Shown: one piece after another, positions 19,101-28,471 of the stretch | Numbering within the stretch: position 1 is the stretch's first letter | How the letters are laid out: every line of letters starts with the position of its first letter | IMG/VR virus record: IMGVR_UViG_3300043773_000950 | Coordinates: 1 to 52,743 of that record | Source of the DNA: a virus | Taxonomy: Duplodnaviria > Caudoviricetes | DNA length: 52,743 nt | Strand: one strand, 5' to 3' | Made by a program: the position numbers and the translations under genes | The notes under the pieces: model-generated | The model's database searches: none | Told to the model about the DNA's origin: nothing | The model's input: the letters and a program-made list of their open reading frames with translations, nothing else

Positions 19101-21106
19101 TTATTCTGCTCCGCGAAGAGTTCCCTGTTCACCCTGTCCTGCCCCGCTGTATCGTTCTCATCCAAGGCGTCGAACTCGTTATTGAGTTCCTCGATCCTCG
19201 CGGTCACTTGCTCCTTCGTCTGCGTCTCTTCCCTCTTCGGTGCTGCTTTTGGCGCGGCGGATAGATTGTTGAACTCCTCCTCCAGTCTGACAAGGTTCTG
19301 CTTCTTGTCATTGATCGCCATCTCTGCCTGCTGACGCTCTGGAGTGCCTTCCTCGATTGCTTGCAGGCCAAGCTCGTCATCCTCGATCTCCTTCTTGAGG
19401 GCGTCGATCTGGTTGGATCGCTCCATCATCTGGGCGGCAAGCGCGGACTCTGGGTCTGGTGCCAGATTCTCAGATTCTTGATCGGCGGATGTGTCTATCT
19501 CCTCCTGCTTGGAGCCAAGCTCGTCGCCTTGCATCGCCTTGTTCTGCGCCCTCTTCACTCCAAGCATTTGGGTGAAAATGGAAGCAAGAATGCCTGATGC
19601 TCCACCAACTCCACCAGCATACTCGACTCCCTCGAAAATGTCTTGGTTGGGATCATAGACATACTTCTTCACCAAGTTGCCAGCGACTTGCTGGGGCATC
19701 TCGTTGAATAGCGCCTCCTCTGTTCCTTCAATCACCGCTGTGGCTGCCTTGTTCAGCCCTTTGTAGATTCTGCTCTGCTGCGCGGGATCAAAGCGGCCTA
19801 TCCACTTCTGCAATGGGGAAACCAATTCAAGCGGAGCTTGTGTGAGTGCGGAGAATAGTGCAGCCTGCTTTGCCTGCTCGTCTGTAGCATCATTAGCCCG
19901 TGCTTCAGAGTATCCGGCCCATGCACTGTTGAGGCCGGAAAAGGTAAGGATGCCTCCCTTTTGGAATATATCTATAATCCTTGGTGTGTTAAATCCAAGA
20001 GAAGACCTAGCGGCGTTTACTGTTCCACCAAATACTATTGCCCCCGCTGTATATCCAAGTCCACCAGACACATCCCTGCCGAATTGGGATAGCGCCCCAA
20101 CTTTTCTTGGGTCTTGCCCACGCTCACGCATCTCATCTGCAAACTCTGCTGCATCCACAAGGGTCTGTCCTGCGTTTTCAAATCCAGTGGCTTTGAGTGC
20201 AAGCCCGACTCCTCCAACGCTTCCAGCGCCAACTGCGCCAGCATATCCGTCCCATGCGCGACCAAAGATGTCTGTGATGTTTTCAGCGAAGTCTGGCGTG
20301 GTCATTGCCCACTCTTCAGCAAGTCTGCGAACCTCTGGATTGGCCTGCATCTTTGCGATCTCATCCTCATACTCCGCAGTTCCTATTCCGATCCTGCCCA
20401 GCTTCCTTTCCAAGAATCCGGGTGTGGCATATCCCTGTTTAGCCGCATACTCAAGGAAGTTATCGTTAACGATAATGTCATCGATCTGCTGGCGGAAGTC
20501 GCCAACCGCCTTGATTGCAGCAGGCATTCTTTTTACGGTTTCTACTTTCTCTCCAGAAGGAGTAACCCCAGTCCCGCCGCCAACCATCTGTGACAGCCAT
20601 TTCTTGTAGCGGGAATCATGCTCAAGCTGATTGCGGCGAAGATCGTTGATCTCCTTCATTAAAGGAGTTTCACCGCCTTGAAGTTCCATTGTGATTCCAG
20701 AAACTTGAGTCTTACTTGATTCGTCTTGCTTCTGCTTTATCAGGTTTGCCCTAGCTTCATATGATAGCCCGTCTGGACTAATAGGTTGTGGAATCGGCTT
20801 GCCAGTAATTCCTATAGCTTCTGCCCTGCGAACCTCTACAGGCTTTCCTTCCGGCCCTTCCATGAAGGTCTTGGTCTGCCCCGGCTCCATAGCCAGAACA
20901 TCCGGCCCTCCGACCATCGGCTCTCCTCCAACAGGAAGCGGTTTGCCAAGATTTATTCTTTGGGGAACGGCGGCAAGTTCGCCAACCATCTCTTGCTCCA
21001 TCCTTGCCTGTGGAGCCATTCCTTCCATCTGGAATTCTGCAAATGCCTTCTCAAATGGGTCTTCGCCTTCCAGTTCCGTGAAGGCCGCTTCAAATTCGTC
21101 AACCAT
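13172..21106 (-). CDS. Giant internal virion / DNA-ejection protein with an ART-like domain
   Basis: 2644 aa, mostly helical, last gene of the virion block as in podovirus ejectosomes. Internal FHGS...GFFFT...VYLSLNNP...DGAIF...YVVFEPEQIKS segment. Confidence 0.75.
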   Translation of the reverse strand: MVDEFEAAFTELEGEDPFEKAFAEFQMEGMAPQARMEQEMVGELAAVPQRINLGKPLPVGGEPMVGGPDVLAMEPGQTKTFMEGPEGKPVEVRRAEAIGITGKPIPQPISPDGLSYEARANLIKQKQDESSKTQVSGITMELQGGETPLMKEINDLRRNQLEHDSRYKKWLSQMVGGGTGVTPSGEKVETVKRMPAAIKAVGDFRQQIDDIIVNDNFLEYAAKQGYATPGFLERKLGRIGIGTAEYEDEIAKMQANPEVRRLAEEWAMTTPDFAENITDIFGRAWDGYAGAVGAGSVGGVGLALKATGFENAGQTLVDAAEFADEMRERGQDPRKVGALSQFGRDVSGGLGYTAGAIVFGGTVNAARSSLGFNTPRIIDIFQKGGILTFSGLNSAWAGYSEARANDATDEQAKQAALFSALTQAPLELVSPLQKWIGRFDPAQQSRIYKGLNKAATAVIEGTEEALFNEMPQQVAGNLVKKYVYDPNQDIFEGVEYAGGVGGASGILASIFTQMLGVKRAQNKAMQGDELGSKQEEIDTSADQESENLAPDPESALAAQMMERSNQIDALKKEIEDDELGLQAIEEGTPERQQAEMAINDKKQNLVRLEEEFNNLSAAPKAAPKREETQTKEQVTARIEELNNEFDALDENDTAGQDRVNRELFAEQNKLAALTAVEQGIEPQATTPTRAAARPPSGREYPYGTFYPERPILNAFVKQADKALKGIKAVGKRAQKLKNAIRTGITKNAGFLAGIGANVVSSEEFARISGRKPVTADSGTYMAAYSGGKLYLVLPDVNQLKDAAIKGEKRAASKDAALDQESRAASKKLEEEMIHLSMYKAIQEEYAKQKKPKLTEQEFMVQRITQIAREVRRTNPDVVPNVSQVYLGKIQNLDDVTLSMEFMRMVIQRVRTGQITEDLNAIRAAEREAFTDKSRTAISQFKNAILNALQMLRNSLVRYLGKGTSTREVKKMEDTINGILDEYGIVGGEANYEFKDYSAAQPTRAAAPEAAVTTEPEAEAVTEPAAEPVSSTITARAGVTPQMNDRFVGLYEAALRGDKKAEAEAQKMVDAAARAAGYNSPRLFHGSATSESKFTSFLKEKLGLATGAPSAKKGFFFTTRKKTAEFYMYAGNFLYTKKESENLRKKNAKIISEYKDILRRTEELAESFPEARERILKDTERMRADIERMSKELDEQPLPQRYEVYLSLNNPLVKDFKGSVYREESYNNLLKKAKEEGRDGAIFKNTYDAGETGRLDAILKGRFLPEDIYVVFEPEQIKSADPFTFFDKEDPMVTSGQFKEGALVPLSMRFDPSTTIIARSGIEPTPEAAPRAAQPRAASVHRKLTDDMVSQIEGMIEQIKPRRSRAGKEYVSRTTKKGKTYPAALVSPYSLGVNLYTSNTSEEAAKALTKIFKNNPDADFFSVASDIGNGLNRFNLSQSEIASITPMIYKLMPAYREQIMDSSASAKDRESIALNSLDVEANLAKLIVDQQQGSARTLNAAKTVRQIGSAGTAVAAYKSRVVASLADLYTIVKGNFTEVAEAVRGDRRQAIDNVFALKGVISRITELRKIAEKNPQAAADAIRKAVAKKKTRKAREIVLEFCASIFDLGGDKYANMMVDETAKAIMSIGAARKGFSPDDVYKYVYQAFSAVAKQTAREIEEKGKPAKEKVKKKREGKFLAQVKSVIGNDNDYKLFIAELKKKIGEQYSDKREFENDYKELFSMLADRQWSDAMRNQAIKDSADFLEYKFSDLITYIGENRYAAQAAVTAHIKAELKGVGATDEQVEKFISETQAYLDEETAKRVKKSLGFEVNKETGKITGGKIEKEAMKKVATAEERFKLATTLKGLTKLAASDYRAFVDKLNELIILELGFDEKTSNELSKLIESEMTKAVQAQRSINLEQAIQRAQEKLSQNNIKPKANQRTLLQRLMEMANMGQLDDLGVYEAFRQTHNFQEGYLEWSPEFAQILREWGDRISALPEGVTRAIEEQKMGRFLLQKQGFTTRDYFSSYWYFALLSQVGTQAVNFLGSTFNLLGNMAVWSIYTKGKATGPMLRALYSATIRKEAPSRNSFAYVMQTGLNPSGIQDDKLMKYPKLNVLEGANPENTPKFVYGLTTYGDGKIEAIPRWLNSVLTTVSPRGLMRIMRATDAFMREAAYEVRAASFGAKDFEVDAYEAAKRQAEAELASSKSRGKLKEREVIIRANEIYAKQRLGDQKRIDAERDALESVYSQEPVGVVGFIASLGNKLLQVSPITQLFIPFTNVVANVLNENLNYLPYVSAARLAPYVKLSPLLRGKIELKPGAEKSPFILGREEKAADIAIKGMIGTAAFALPAIVTALLGGDDEDQESRPPVQFYATGPADPEQNKIWRENGGSNYSIRVGDKYVSYLYTPLVIPIAAGSMFADAVKRYREKQEKQPIEITDAALTVIAAPFAIGFVAALDQSFLTGVADLIELKEARDLPKDATRIATNIISRLAVPGILRDFQKTITDEKLEGDTRLSNLIREMPGSSFFLDKKLGYFGDPVRYNSIMVENGPGRRALSLVGRIASSETPDPAFSVLYRNGLIPPKWQGSLEWSSGVRMTLAEQREFVRIAGPLMKEWVIDNADTLDELPTEEAQEYLANNLGEIRRGVKSQLQMDKEIPFE

Positions 21107-21127
21107 ATATCACTTATGGTTCAGACA

Positions 21128-22351
21128 CTACTGTGATGCAAGCTCTTTTGCCCGCTTGATTATCTGATCTTTTGATGCTCCAGCACCAAGTTCTTGTTTT
21201 GCAGCGGCAATCGCGTCTTTAGGATTCATCTTCTTTTCTGCAAATACCGCTGGCGTATCTCCAGCCCCTACGGCAACCGCCGGAACAACTCCACCCAAAA
21301 ACCTTATAGCCTCATATTGCCTGTCTGTAATTGAGACAGTTTTTCCTTCTGGAGTTTGAACATCATATGCCGTTTTTCCCATTGCCACACCGCGTTCAGA
21401 TGTTGCCGCCCTCAATGAATAAATGTCTCCGTTGAACTGCTTAAAGAGTTCAGACATCTTTCTGTCTTCCATTGTTGAAACAGCATCTTTGGCACTTTGC
21501 AATGTAGATTTTTGTCCCTGTCCCGGACCTTCAAGGAAATTCTTTCTAGCATGTGGAGCTACAAGTTGAGAACTAGGAAGAACATTCCCCCTTTCGGTCA
21601 TTCTTGACGAAGTCTCAACCCACTTTTCTGTTGGAACTCTGAACCCCTTAAAGCCGGGAAGGTATTTCTCCATTCCGCTTACAGTGTAAAGTTCAAAGTT
21701 CTTTTTATCGTAGTTAGTGACTCCGTAAGATTTTGCGGCCTCGGCTTGTTGCTCTACTGGTTTATTAGCCACCGCTGCGGCGTTGTCAATTGCCACAACC
21801 CTATATTGTGGAATATTTGATGGAGCTTCTGATGGCCCTTCGCCAAGTGAAACATAATCACCTTCTTCTTGTGTGCCTCCTTCGGGAAGTGGCTCCCCAG
21901 TATCTGTTACTCTGGTTGCAGCTGTTGGCTGCTGCTTTGGTGGCGTTCTGTATCCATAATCTTCTGGATTAAGTGCAGGAACCGTTGAGCCACCTCCACC
22001 ACTACCGCGCTGAAATCCTTGCTGAACCACGACATTACCAGCATTTCTTGCAAGCTCTTCGGCTTGTTTTGCAACTGTTTGTAAAAAAGGATTTGATACT
22101 ACAGCTGGATTCATTGATGCGGAAAGGATGTCGGCATATCCATCTGCAACTTCTCCACGGCTGATCTTACCGAAAGCATTCTTGTAGCTCTCTTGCAATG
22201 CGGGAAGCGCGGTAGCAGCCTGCTTCTGATACTCGCGCATTGCAAGTTGCTGCCCGACTTGCTGCCCCAATTTGACAAGAGATTCCCCAACAGCGGCCCC
22301 GTAATTGGCCTGCTGCGTTCCGAACTCTGTGATCATTGCTGGTAGTGTCAT
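21128..22351 (-). CDS. Putative internal virion (ejection) protein
   Basis: 407 aa, Ala/Gly/Gln-rich, directly upstream of the giant protein. Confidence 0.55.
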   Translation of the reverse strand: MTLPAMITEFGTQQANYGAAVGESLVKLGQQVGQQLAMREYQKQAATALPALQESYKNAFGKISRGEVADGYADILSASMNPAVVSNPFLQTVAKQAEELARNAGNVVVQQGFQRGSGGGGSTVPALNPEDYGYRTPPKQQPTAATRVTDTGEPLPEGGTQEEGDYVSLGEGPSEAPSNIPQYRVVAIDNAAAVANKPVEQQAEAAKSYGVTNYDKKNFELYTVSGMEKYLPGFKGFRVPTEKWVETSSRMTERGNVLPSSQLVAPHARKNFLEGPGQGQKSTLQSAKDAVSTMEDRKMSELFKQFNGDIYSLRAATSERGVAMGKTAYDVQTPEGKTVSITDRQYEAIRFLGGVVPAVAVGAGDTPAVFAEKKMNPKDAIAAAKQELGAGASKDQIIKRAKELASQ

Positions 22352-22354
22352 ATT

Positions 22355-23362
22355 TTATCCGTAAGCCCCCTTCATTGAACTTGAAAGGTTATTGAGTGCG
22401 CCAATGTAGTCTGTTCTTTGTTTTGCCGCTCCTATTCCAGACAATGCTCCAGATGTTGCGGATGCGATTCCTTGGATTGCTTGCGCTCCAGCCTGATCTG
22501 CGGCGAGGCGTGTTTTTATAGACTCCATTTGTGCGCCATAAACGCCTTCTGCCTGCCCTGTTCTTGCTGCGTAAAGCTGCGTATTGATGTCTCCGATCAT
22601 TCCAAGTTGGCGGAAACGATTGGCAATATTTCTTTCTTCAATCCCAATATCTTGTGCGCGTCCAGTTAGACCGAGCGTCATCATTTCAACTGGAGACTGG
22701 TAGAACCTAAATGCCTCGGCTGTTCTTTTCCAATCGGCTTCCATTCCTGCTTGTTGAATTTTAAACGATGTTAGTCCTAAGTTTTTCGCAAGCTGCCCTT
22801 GAGCCATCTGGAATCCCCCAACTCTTCCAGCAGTTGCTGGGTTAAATCCAGCACCAGTAAATTCTGCTGTTGTTTGTAAAACTTGCTGCTGAACATCTGA
22901 TGGTATTTGCCCTCGGAGCCAACTGTTTATTATTGCGCCTGTCTGCTGTCTCGCCTGTGCGCTTCCGGGTGCTATTCTTTCGATTTGATTGATAGTATTT
23001 TCAGTAACCCTGTTCGCTTCTCTAATTGCTTCAAGAGTAGCCCCCTCTAAATTGAACTTGGGTATTTGAATGTCTGGATTAACGGCCCTAATATCCTTTT
23101 CAAGCCTATCTGTTTTTTCTTGAAATTCTTTTGTGGCTTCGTTGAGTTGCTGTTGGTATTGGGCGGATGCTTGGTCTTGCCTTTTAGCTGCGCGACCAGC
23201 GGATTGGCTTGACATGATTCCACCAGCAACCGCGCCGCCAACGGCAAGGGCGCCAGCCCCAACAGCAAGTGCAGTAGCCGTAGCGCCAAAGACATTATAC
23301 TGATGCCTAAGATTTAGAGACCTAACATTGTATCTATCTTCGATGTTAATGTAACAAGGCAT
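22355..23362 (-). CDS. Putative internal virion / pilot protein
   Basis: N-terminal Gly/Ala hydrophobic stretch (ALAVGAGALAVGGAVAGG) followed by Gln-rich helices. Confidence 0.6.
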   Translation of the reverse strand: MPCYINIEDRYNVRSLNLRHQYNVFGATATALAVGAGALAVGGAVAGGIMSSQSAGRAAKRQDQASAQYQQQLNEATKEFQEKTDRLEKDIRAVNPDIQIPKFNLEGATLEAIREANRVTENTINQIERIAPGSAQARQQTGAIINSWLRGQIPSDVQQQVLQTTAEFTGAGFNPATAGRVGGFQMAQGQLAKNLGLTSFKIQQAGMEADWKRTAEAFRFYQSPVEMMTLGLTGRAQDIGIEERNIANRFRQLGMIGDINTQLYAARTGQAEGVYGAQMESIKTRLAADQAGAQAIQGIASATSGALSGIGAAKQRTDYIGALNNLSSSMKGAYG

Positions 23363-23363
23363 A

Positions 23364-23873
23364 TCAGTTTTCTATGGAGATGTTCCTCCAAGTTTGCATT
23401 CTCGGATGGTCTTTGTCAATGTGAGGATTAAAGTCTCTTGCAGTTACCGCGTCCACAATCTCGTCTGGATCGGTCAGTGTGGTGACGAAACACGCTGCCC
23501 AAATCGTGTCTTCATGGGCATAAAGCAGTCTACGAGTCCCGGCTTTTGTGATTCCTATGTATGGAGCTTTGTATCTCTGCACAGGGATCTCGTGATACCA
23601 AACCGATATATCTCCTTGGAGAATAAAGAACGGCTGGGTGGTCAGGTGCATCAACGATGTTAAGAGCGTATTCTTCGGAATGAATATTTCCCGCGTGTAA
23701 AGGTTTGGCGTGAATCTGTGTGTTACTGGACAGCTTACTGGCGGGCATTGCAGTATCTCCAACTCCGCGAGATTCAATACATCATCTGGATTCTTGTATC
23801 CAGAAACCTCCATCGGGTCAATCCGGTTCTTTACCAACTGCATTGGTTGATGCTCTTGAATCTCTAATGTCAT
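23364..23873 (-). CDS. Cupin-like protein
   Basis: H-x-F...Y-x-RE-x-x-IP...G-x-I-x-V...AP...G-x-RR...AHEDT-x-W, a pattern frequent before podovirus ejection genes. Confidence 0.6.
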   Translation of the reverse strand: MTLEIQEHQPMQLVKNRIDPMEVSGYKNPDDVLNLAELEILQCPPVSCPVTHRFTPNLYTREIFIPKNTLLTSLMHLTTQPFFILQGDISVWYHEIPVQRYKAPYIGITKAGTRRLLYAHEDTIWAACFVTTLTDPDEIVDAVTARDFNPHIDKDHPRMQTWRNISIEN

Positions 23874-24832
23874 GGATACATGAAGTAGTCGTTTGCGCTG
23901 GGGGATAGGAATGTATCCACTATAAGATTGTCTGGGCGGCGGTAGTCTGCGATGCGGAGTGGTCCGGCGGTTGGAATCTCGTCGCTTTCCATCGCCTTCT
24001 CCTCCTCTGAAATGGCAAGCTGGAGGTTTACCAAATACTCCTGCTGCTTTCTATTTGCGAGAGAGTTAAGTGCCAAGCAGGCGAAGCGCATTGCTTCTGG
24101 GGTAAACTCAACCAGATCGGTGTCATTCTCAAGATCGAAGTATTTCTTCGCGGCATAGATCGTGATCTGCTTACAGGTTTTTGGAATTCTAAACCGCCTG
24201 AATGTAGGATTCACATCCTGCGGTTGATACACGGCGAGGAGTAGCTTCTGTCCGTTGTCGGGATTCCATGCATACACGCGGATTCGTCCCTGCGTCCTCG
24301 GCTTTGTCACTCCCCTGATCGAGACAACTCTTTCCGTGGAGAGTGCCATATTCGGTGGGGCGACAGATGTCACCTCCAGCCTGCGGTATGTCGAATACTC
24401 GTCTTGGGCATCGAAGACTAGCTTCACACCAACATCATCGATATCCTCTGCCACAACGGCAATCTGGTATGGTGCGGATGTGTAGTCTCGGAAGACAACA
24501 TGCCGTCCTCCAGCCTCGGTGATTAGCCTGTGGCAGGAGTTTCGCGGTTGAAGGGCATAAGAGTCAGTCGCATTGAACCACTCGTCTGCCAGTGATGCTG
24601 AATTGTTTCCTATCCAAGCAAGCTTGATTTGGGAATAGCGGTTCGGCAGGGTAAAGCATCTGTCTACACAGCAGATGCAGACATACTCAGCGGTGGAATT
24701 CCACTCCCTTTTTTCCCAGAGCAAGCGCCTTGCCTCATTGACCGCTTTCTTTGCGCGTTCAATTGAACAGGTGCCAGAATCGCCCACGAAATCGCGGACG
24801 AGTTCTGCCATCTCGGCATAGGTGTCAGCCAT
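23870..24832 (-). CDS. Putative head-tail adaptor / tail tubular protein
   Basis: N-terminal TYAEM...V...AVNEA...W pattern and position in the tail block. Confidence 0.5.
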   Translation of the reverse strand: MADTYAEMAELVRDFVGDSGTCSIERAKKAVNEARRLLWEKREWNSTAEYVCICCVDRCFTLPNRYSQIKLAWIGNNSASLADEWFNATDSYALQPRNSCHRLITEAGGRHVVFRDYTSAPYQIAVVAEDIDDVGVKLVFDAQDEYSTYRRLEVTSVAPPNMALSTERVVSIRGVTKPRTQGRIRVYAWNPDNGQKLLLAVYQPQDVNPTFRRFRIPKTCKQITIYAAKKYFDLENDTDLVEFTPEAMRFACLALNSLANRKQQEYLVNLQLAISEEEKAMESDEIPTAGPLRIADYRRPDNLIVDTFLSPSANDYFMYP

Positions 24833-24847
24833 TATCGTTACCGATAA

Positions 24848-25000
24848 TTATTTGACGGGCTTACCAACAGTCGGGAGAGGCTTCGCGGAGTAGGGCGATT
24901 TGCTGACATTGTTCAGCTTTTGATTGCCCATTTCCTCTTTGATGCGGCTCTGTGTGGGCGCTCCATCGAGCGTCAGTTTGGGGTCGGTTCCTTTTAGCAT
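24848..25000 (-). CDS. Small basic protein (50 aa, not in the ORF track)
   Basis: MLKGTDPKLTLDGAPTQ...VGKPVK*, preceded by an AAACC-repeat leader. Confidence 0.6.
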   Translation of the reverse strand: MLKGTDPKLTLDGAPTQSRIKEEMGNQKLNNVSKSPYSAKPLPTVGKPVK

Positions 25001-25031
25001 GGTTTTGGTTTATGGTTTATGGTTTTGTTGT

Positions 25032-25517
25032 TTAAGAAGAATGGATTGCTACCCACTCAACTTCTGAAATGATCGCTGGAGAACCATTGTTCTCACACAA
25101 GAAAGAGAATCCATTGATTGACTTGCTGCCAGTCTGAAGAATAAATGTTGGGTATGATGCGCTTCCGGCAGAGGCTGCAAGGCGCGGCGTGAATGCAACC
25201 CTAAAGTTGTCGCTTGGCATTGCGGCTGTAAATGTTACAGAATGCGTTGAGTCATTTATTGGAAGCGCGGAAACGGTTCCTTGGCGAACTTGAACATCGG
25301 CAAGGATGTTAATTTGATTCTGTAGATTGAGAAGATAGTCATTGATCGTCTGAATCTGCTGTGGGGTGACATCTCCAAGTCCGGGGATGTTGATTGTTCC
25401 GTTAGTCAGAACAGTATCAATGAATTGCTGAAATACATCAGTCCAATTACCAGTAGGACAAAAGTCGTCTGGAACATTTGGAAAAATGAGTGCTGGAGAT
25501 GAATCTTGATTGTCCAC
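25032..25517 (-). CDS. Putative tail-associated protein
   Basis: C-terminal beta-rich domain (SVTFTAAMPS...GFSF...EWVAI) like fibre tip domains. Confidence 0.5.
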   Translation of the reverse strand: MDNQDSSPALIFPNVPDDFCPTGNWTDVFQQFIDTVLTNGTINIPGLGDVTPQQIQTINDYLLNLQNQINILADVQVRQGTVSALPINDSTHSVTFTAAMPSDNFRVAFTPRLAASAGSASYPTFILQTGSKSINGFSFLCENNGSPAIISEVEWVAIHSS

Positions 25518-25520
25518 AGG

Positions 25521-27365
25521 TTATGATTGATTGATAGAGTAATCCCAATATCTTTCTTGGCAACACAAAAATGGCGGGCATTCCTCGTTGTTTTCTGGGC
25601 AGTCGCCAACCGGAGAGTCTTCGTTGTTCTTGATGTTCGCCATGATTCTCAGCCTATCAATTGTTGCAGACCCGCTTATGTTTACCTTTAACTGGAACTC
25701 GCTTCCTTCTATTGCGGGTATCTCCGATATGTTGCTGCAATCTTTGGGATCGGGCGTATTAAACTTGTATCTCTTGAAAAGATTACCTCCCCTTTGTGGA
25801 ATACAATCAACGGCTTGGGGCTGACATGGATTGCAGCCGAATGTGCTTGGCTCCATCAAGTCATACCAGCACGGATTGGAGTCTGACCTATACTCAGTCG
25901 ATGTTGTGGCCTGACCCTTTATCTCGCTCAACCACATTTCCCCGCCGGAAATCCTTTTTCGTAGAAACCTATTCGTGGCTCCAGTTCCTTGAAAGCTGTA
26001 TCTCCCCGTTGTAAAGAACGACTCAATCGGAACAGTTCCATTCTCGTTATAGTCGTTTTCCTGCTCTTGAGTCACCTCGTAAAGCCTGTTCTTGTTGTCA
26101 CTATCAAAGGAAAATACAAATCCCCTTTGCTCGCCGCTGATAAGTGCGGTAAGAACTTGTGTAGGTCTTACGCCGGTCCACAATCCGTTCCACCTGAATG
26201 AAAGCTGTGCGTCTGGTGACGGGCTTGATGATTGGTCAAGGTCAAGCGCGGTCATCCCCCTATGGTATCTATGAAGTCCGGGTGCAGATGTTCTTTTAAT
26301 CTCTGGAGCAACAGTTGATAGAAGATAGTTGTCATAATACATCGTGCTTGCAAACTGACGCAGCCAACGCGTGTCTCTATCAACCCACTTGTTTACCTCG
26401 CGGGACAACTTTCTCATGGAGAAGTATCGCCCGAAATCAGATTGGCTATTGGAATAGAATGCCCAACCATCGTGGCTGCGGAACCAAAGTTCACTATTCA
26501 CAAGCGTTGTGTATGGGCTGGCACACCCGCGACCAAGAAGCGATATGCGCTGGATTTGCTGTGTTGACCAACTGCTCCTCGGCAGCCCAACATCCATTGA
26601 GAAAGCGCCATTCCCAGTAAGAACAACAAGCTCTCCCTGCCCGCGAAGGTTGCCCCCGATATACGGCATCACCTTCATGGCGGTAATGTTGCCCATTGTG
26701 CTGGGTGTTGAGAATGCTCCGCCGCCAGACCAATAGGTTATCTCGGTAAAGTTCTCCGTGTTCTTTGTGTCTGTGAAGCCATTGCCATAGATAATATCAG
26801 ATGCGTAAATTTGATTGAATCTGTCTGCCACGAATACACGACCAAAAGCGTATTCCATCAAGGTTCCTATTGGCATCTGCCTTGCGAGCGGATTTAGCCT
26901 GTATGCAGGTATGCTTAAATCCCCGTCCCAAGCTATTGGGTTCTGATATCCATTTTGGATATATACTCGGTTTTCTGCCTGCACGAACCATGTGTGCATC
27001 ATGCTTCCATCATTGCCATCAATCAGCTTGTAGGCATACGCAGTATTGTTGATGATCTTTAGAAAATATATAACCCCAGCGACTGAAATAAGAATCCCAT
27101 CATTAGACTCATAATTTACTTTTCTATAAGGATATGCCCCTTGAAAATTCCCAACCTGAATATCGTTAACGATAGAATCCGACTGGTTCTCTCCAGCTAC
27201 TATACGGATGTTCCTAATGCTCGGCCTAGTGCGGTTGATGCCTCCACGGAATGTTCTATTCACCGACTCAGAGACATAAAACTCTGGCAAATACGATGGG
27301 TGCGTAGCCGCGTCTTGGGCAACTACACTTGTGAATCCATCGAATACTGATCCCTCACTTGCCAT
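25521..27365 (-). CDS. Putative tail nozzle / DNA stabilisation protein
   Basis: 614 aa with beta-propeller-like repeats (GRVFVA...IYASD), in the tail block; Cys-rich C-terminus. Confidence 0.6.
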   Translation of the reverse strand: MASEGSVFDGFTSVVAQDAATHPSYLPEFYVSESVNRTFRGGINRTRPSIRNIRIVAGENQSDSIVNDIQVGNFQGAYPYRKVNYESNDGILISVAGVIYFLKIINNTAYAYKLIDGNDGSMMHTWFVQAENRVYIQNGYQNPIAWDGDLSIPAYRLNPLARQMPIGTLMEYAFGRVFVADRFNQIYASDIIYGNGFTDTKNTENFTEITYWSGGGAFSTPSTMGNITAMKVMPYIGGNLRGQGELVVLTGNGAFSMDVGLPRSSWSTQQIQRISLLGRGCASPYTTLVNSELWFRSHDGWAFYSNSQSDFGRYFSMRKLSREVNKWVDRDTRWLRQFASTMYYDNYLLSTVAPEIKRTSAPGLHRYHRGMTALDLDQSSSPSPDAQLSFRWNGLWTGVRPTQVLTALISGEQRGFVFSFDSDNKNRLYEVTQEQENDYNENGTVPIESFFTTGRYSFQGTGATNRFLRKRISGGEMWLSEIKGQATTSTEYRSDSNPCWYDLMEPSTFGCNPCQPQAVDCIPQRGGNLFKRYKFNTPDPKDCSNISEIPAIEGSEFQLKVNISGSATIDRLRIMANIKNNEDSPVGDCPENNEECPPFLCCQERYWDYSINQS

Positions 27366-28471
27366 TAGGTCTTAATGATAAAATTCATCGCCACATTTAC
27401 TGGGCGCGTCTCTGTAATTCCAAATGATGGAATTGTGTGCGTGTGATCTACATTATTCAATCCAGTTGTTCCAGAAAATGCATGCGTATGTCGAGTTGAT
27501 GCTCCACTTGTTGTAGACAAACCACCAACTCCACGCCACGCATCACTCGATCCTCCTGCAACTTGTGGTGGTGATGTATATGATAAATATGTTGAATTGT
27601 GTGTGTGATCTGGTGAATCAACTCCAGTTGTTCCAGAAAATGCGTGAGAATGATCTACAGATTGTCCTCCTGTAACTCCTGTATGATTGTGTGCCTGTGT
27701 TCCAAATGCTTGTTGTGTTCCTAATGCACGAGCAGGATCAATTCCTCTTCCAGCATCTAATCCTCGAACAAACATGCCGCGAAGGTCTGGAACATTGAAT
27801 GTGGTTAAACCGTCTCCAGCGCCGTATGTTGTTCCAATCACTCCAAACAATGCAACTTGAGGAGATGGATCAAGTGAAGTCCTTCCATAAGCCGATCCAT
27901 CGCAAAGAATCCATCCAGAAGGGGCGGCTGCTCCAGCAAATGGAGCAACTAGTCCAGTGGGGGTTCCTCCGGGTATGGCAGATGAGAATTGAATTGCCCC
28001 ACCAATGATTTGCAAAAAGTCTCCACTGACTCCATTGACGAATGAAAGCGTTGTTCCGTTTGATGTAAGAACACCATTGCCAGCGGGGAGCAATGATACA
28101 AGATTCCCAACCCTCCAATTCGATCCATCCCAATATGCGATGTATTCATCTGCTGCATTTGATGGATTCCACTTCTTGATGGTCCCGTCTGCTTTCAGAA
28201 CCAATATGCTAGGGATGTTATCAATCGTGTGCGCATCGAGCAATGGAAGTTTTACTGGATTTGCAAGTGACCCGTCCCGCCACGAAACATCATTATTTTC
28301 GTCGTATTGTAAAACTGAAATTTCCGATGGTTCGACAATCGTCTTTTTGCAGAATCCAGAATCCTCAACTACGAGGCGCTTCGGATCGTTTGTTGTTGGA
28401 AGTGCTTCACAGGTTTCTGGAACTTGTGTCTCGCAAGGCGGGCATGGGTCGCAATTTGTGCAGTCGTTCAT
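27365..28471 (-). CDS. Tail fibre protein with tail-collar domain
   Basis: PTGLVAPFAG..APSGWILCDG...LFGVIGTTYG.GDG.TTFNVPDLRG, HxH repeats, ETRPVNVAMNFIIK. Confidence 0.88.
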   Translation of the reverse strand: MNDCTNCDPCPPCETQVPETCEALPTTNDPKRLVVEDSGFCKKTIVEPSEISVLQYDENNDVSWRDGSLANPVKLPLLDAHTIDNIPSILVLKADGTIKKWNPSNAADEYIAYWDGSNWRVGNLVSLLPAGNGVLTSNGTTLSFVNGVSGDFLQIIGGAIQFSSAIPGGTPTGLVAPFAGAAAPSGWILCDGSAYGRTSLDPSPQVALFGVIGTTYGAGDGLTTFNVPDLRGMFVRGLDAGRGIDPARALGTQQAFGTQAHNHTGVTGGQSVDHSHAFSGTTGVDSPDHTHNSTYLSYTSPPQVAGGSSDAWRGVGGLSTTSGASTRHTHAFSGTTGLNNVDHTHTIPSFGITETRPVNVAMNFIIKT

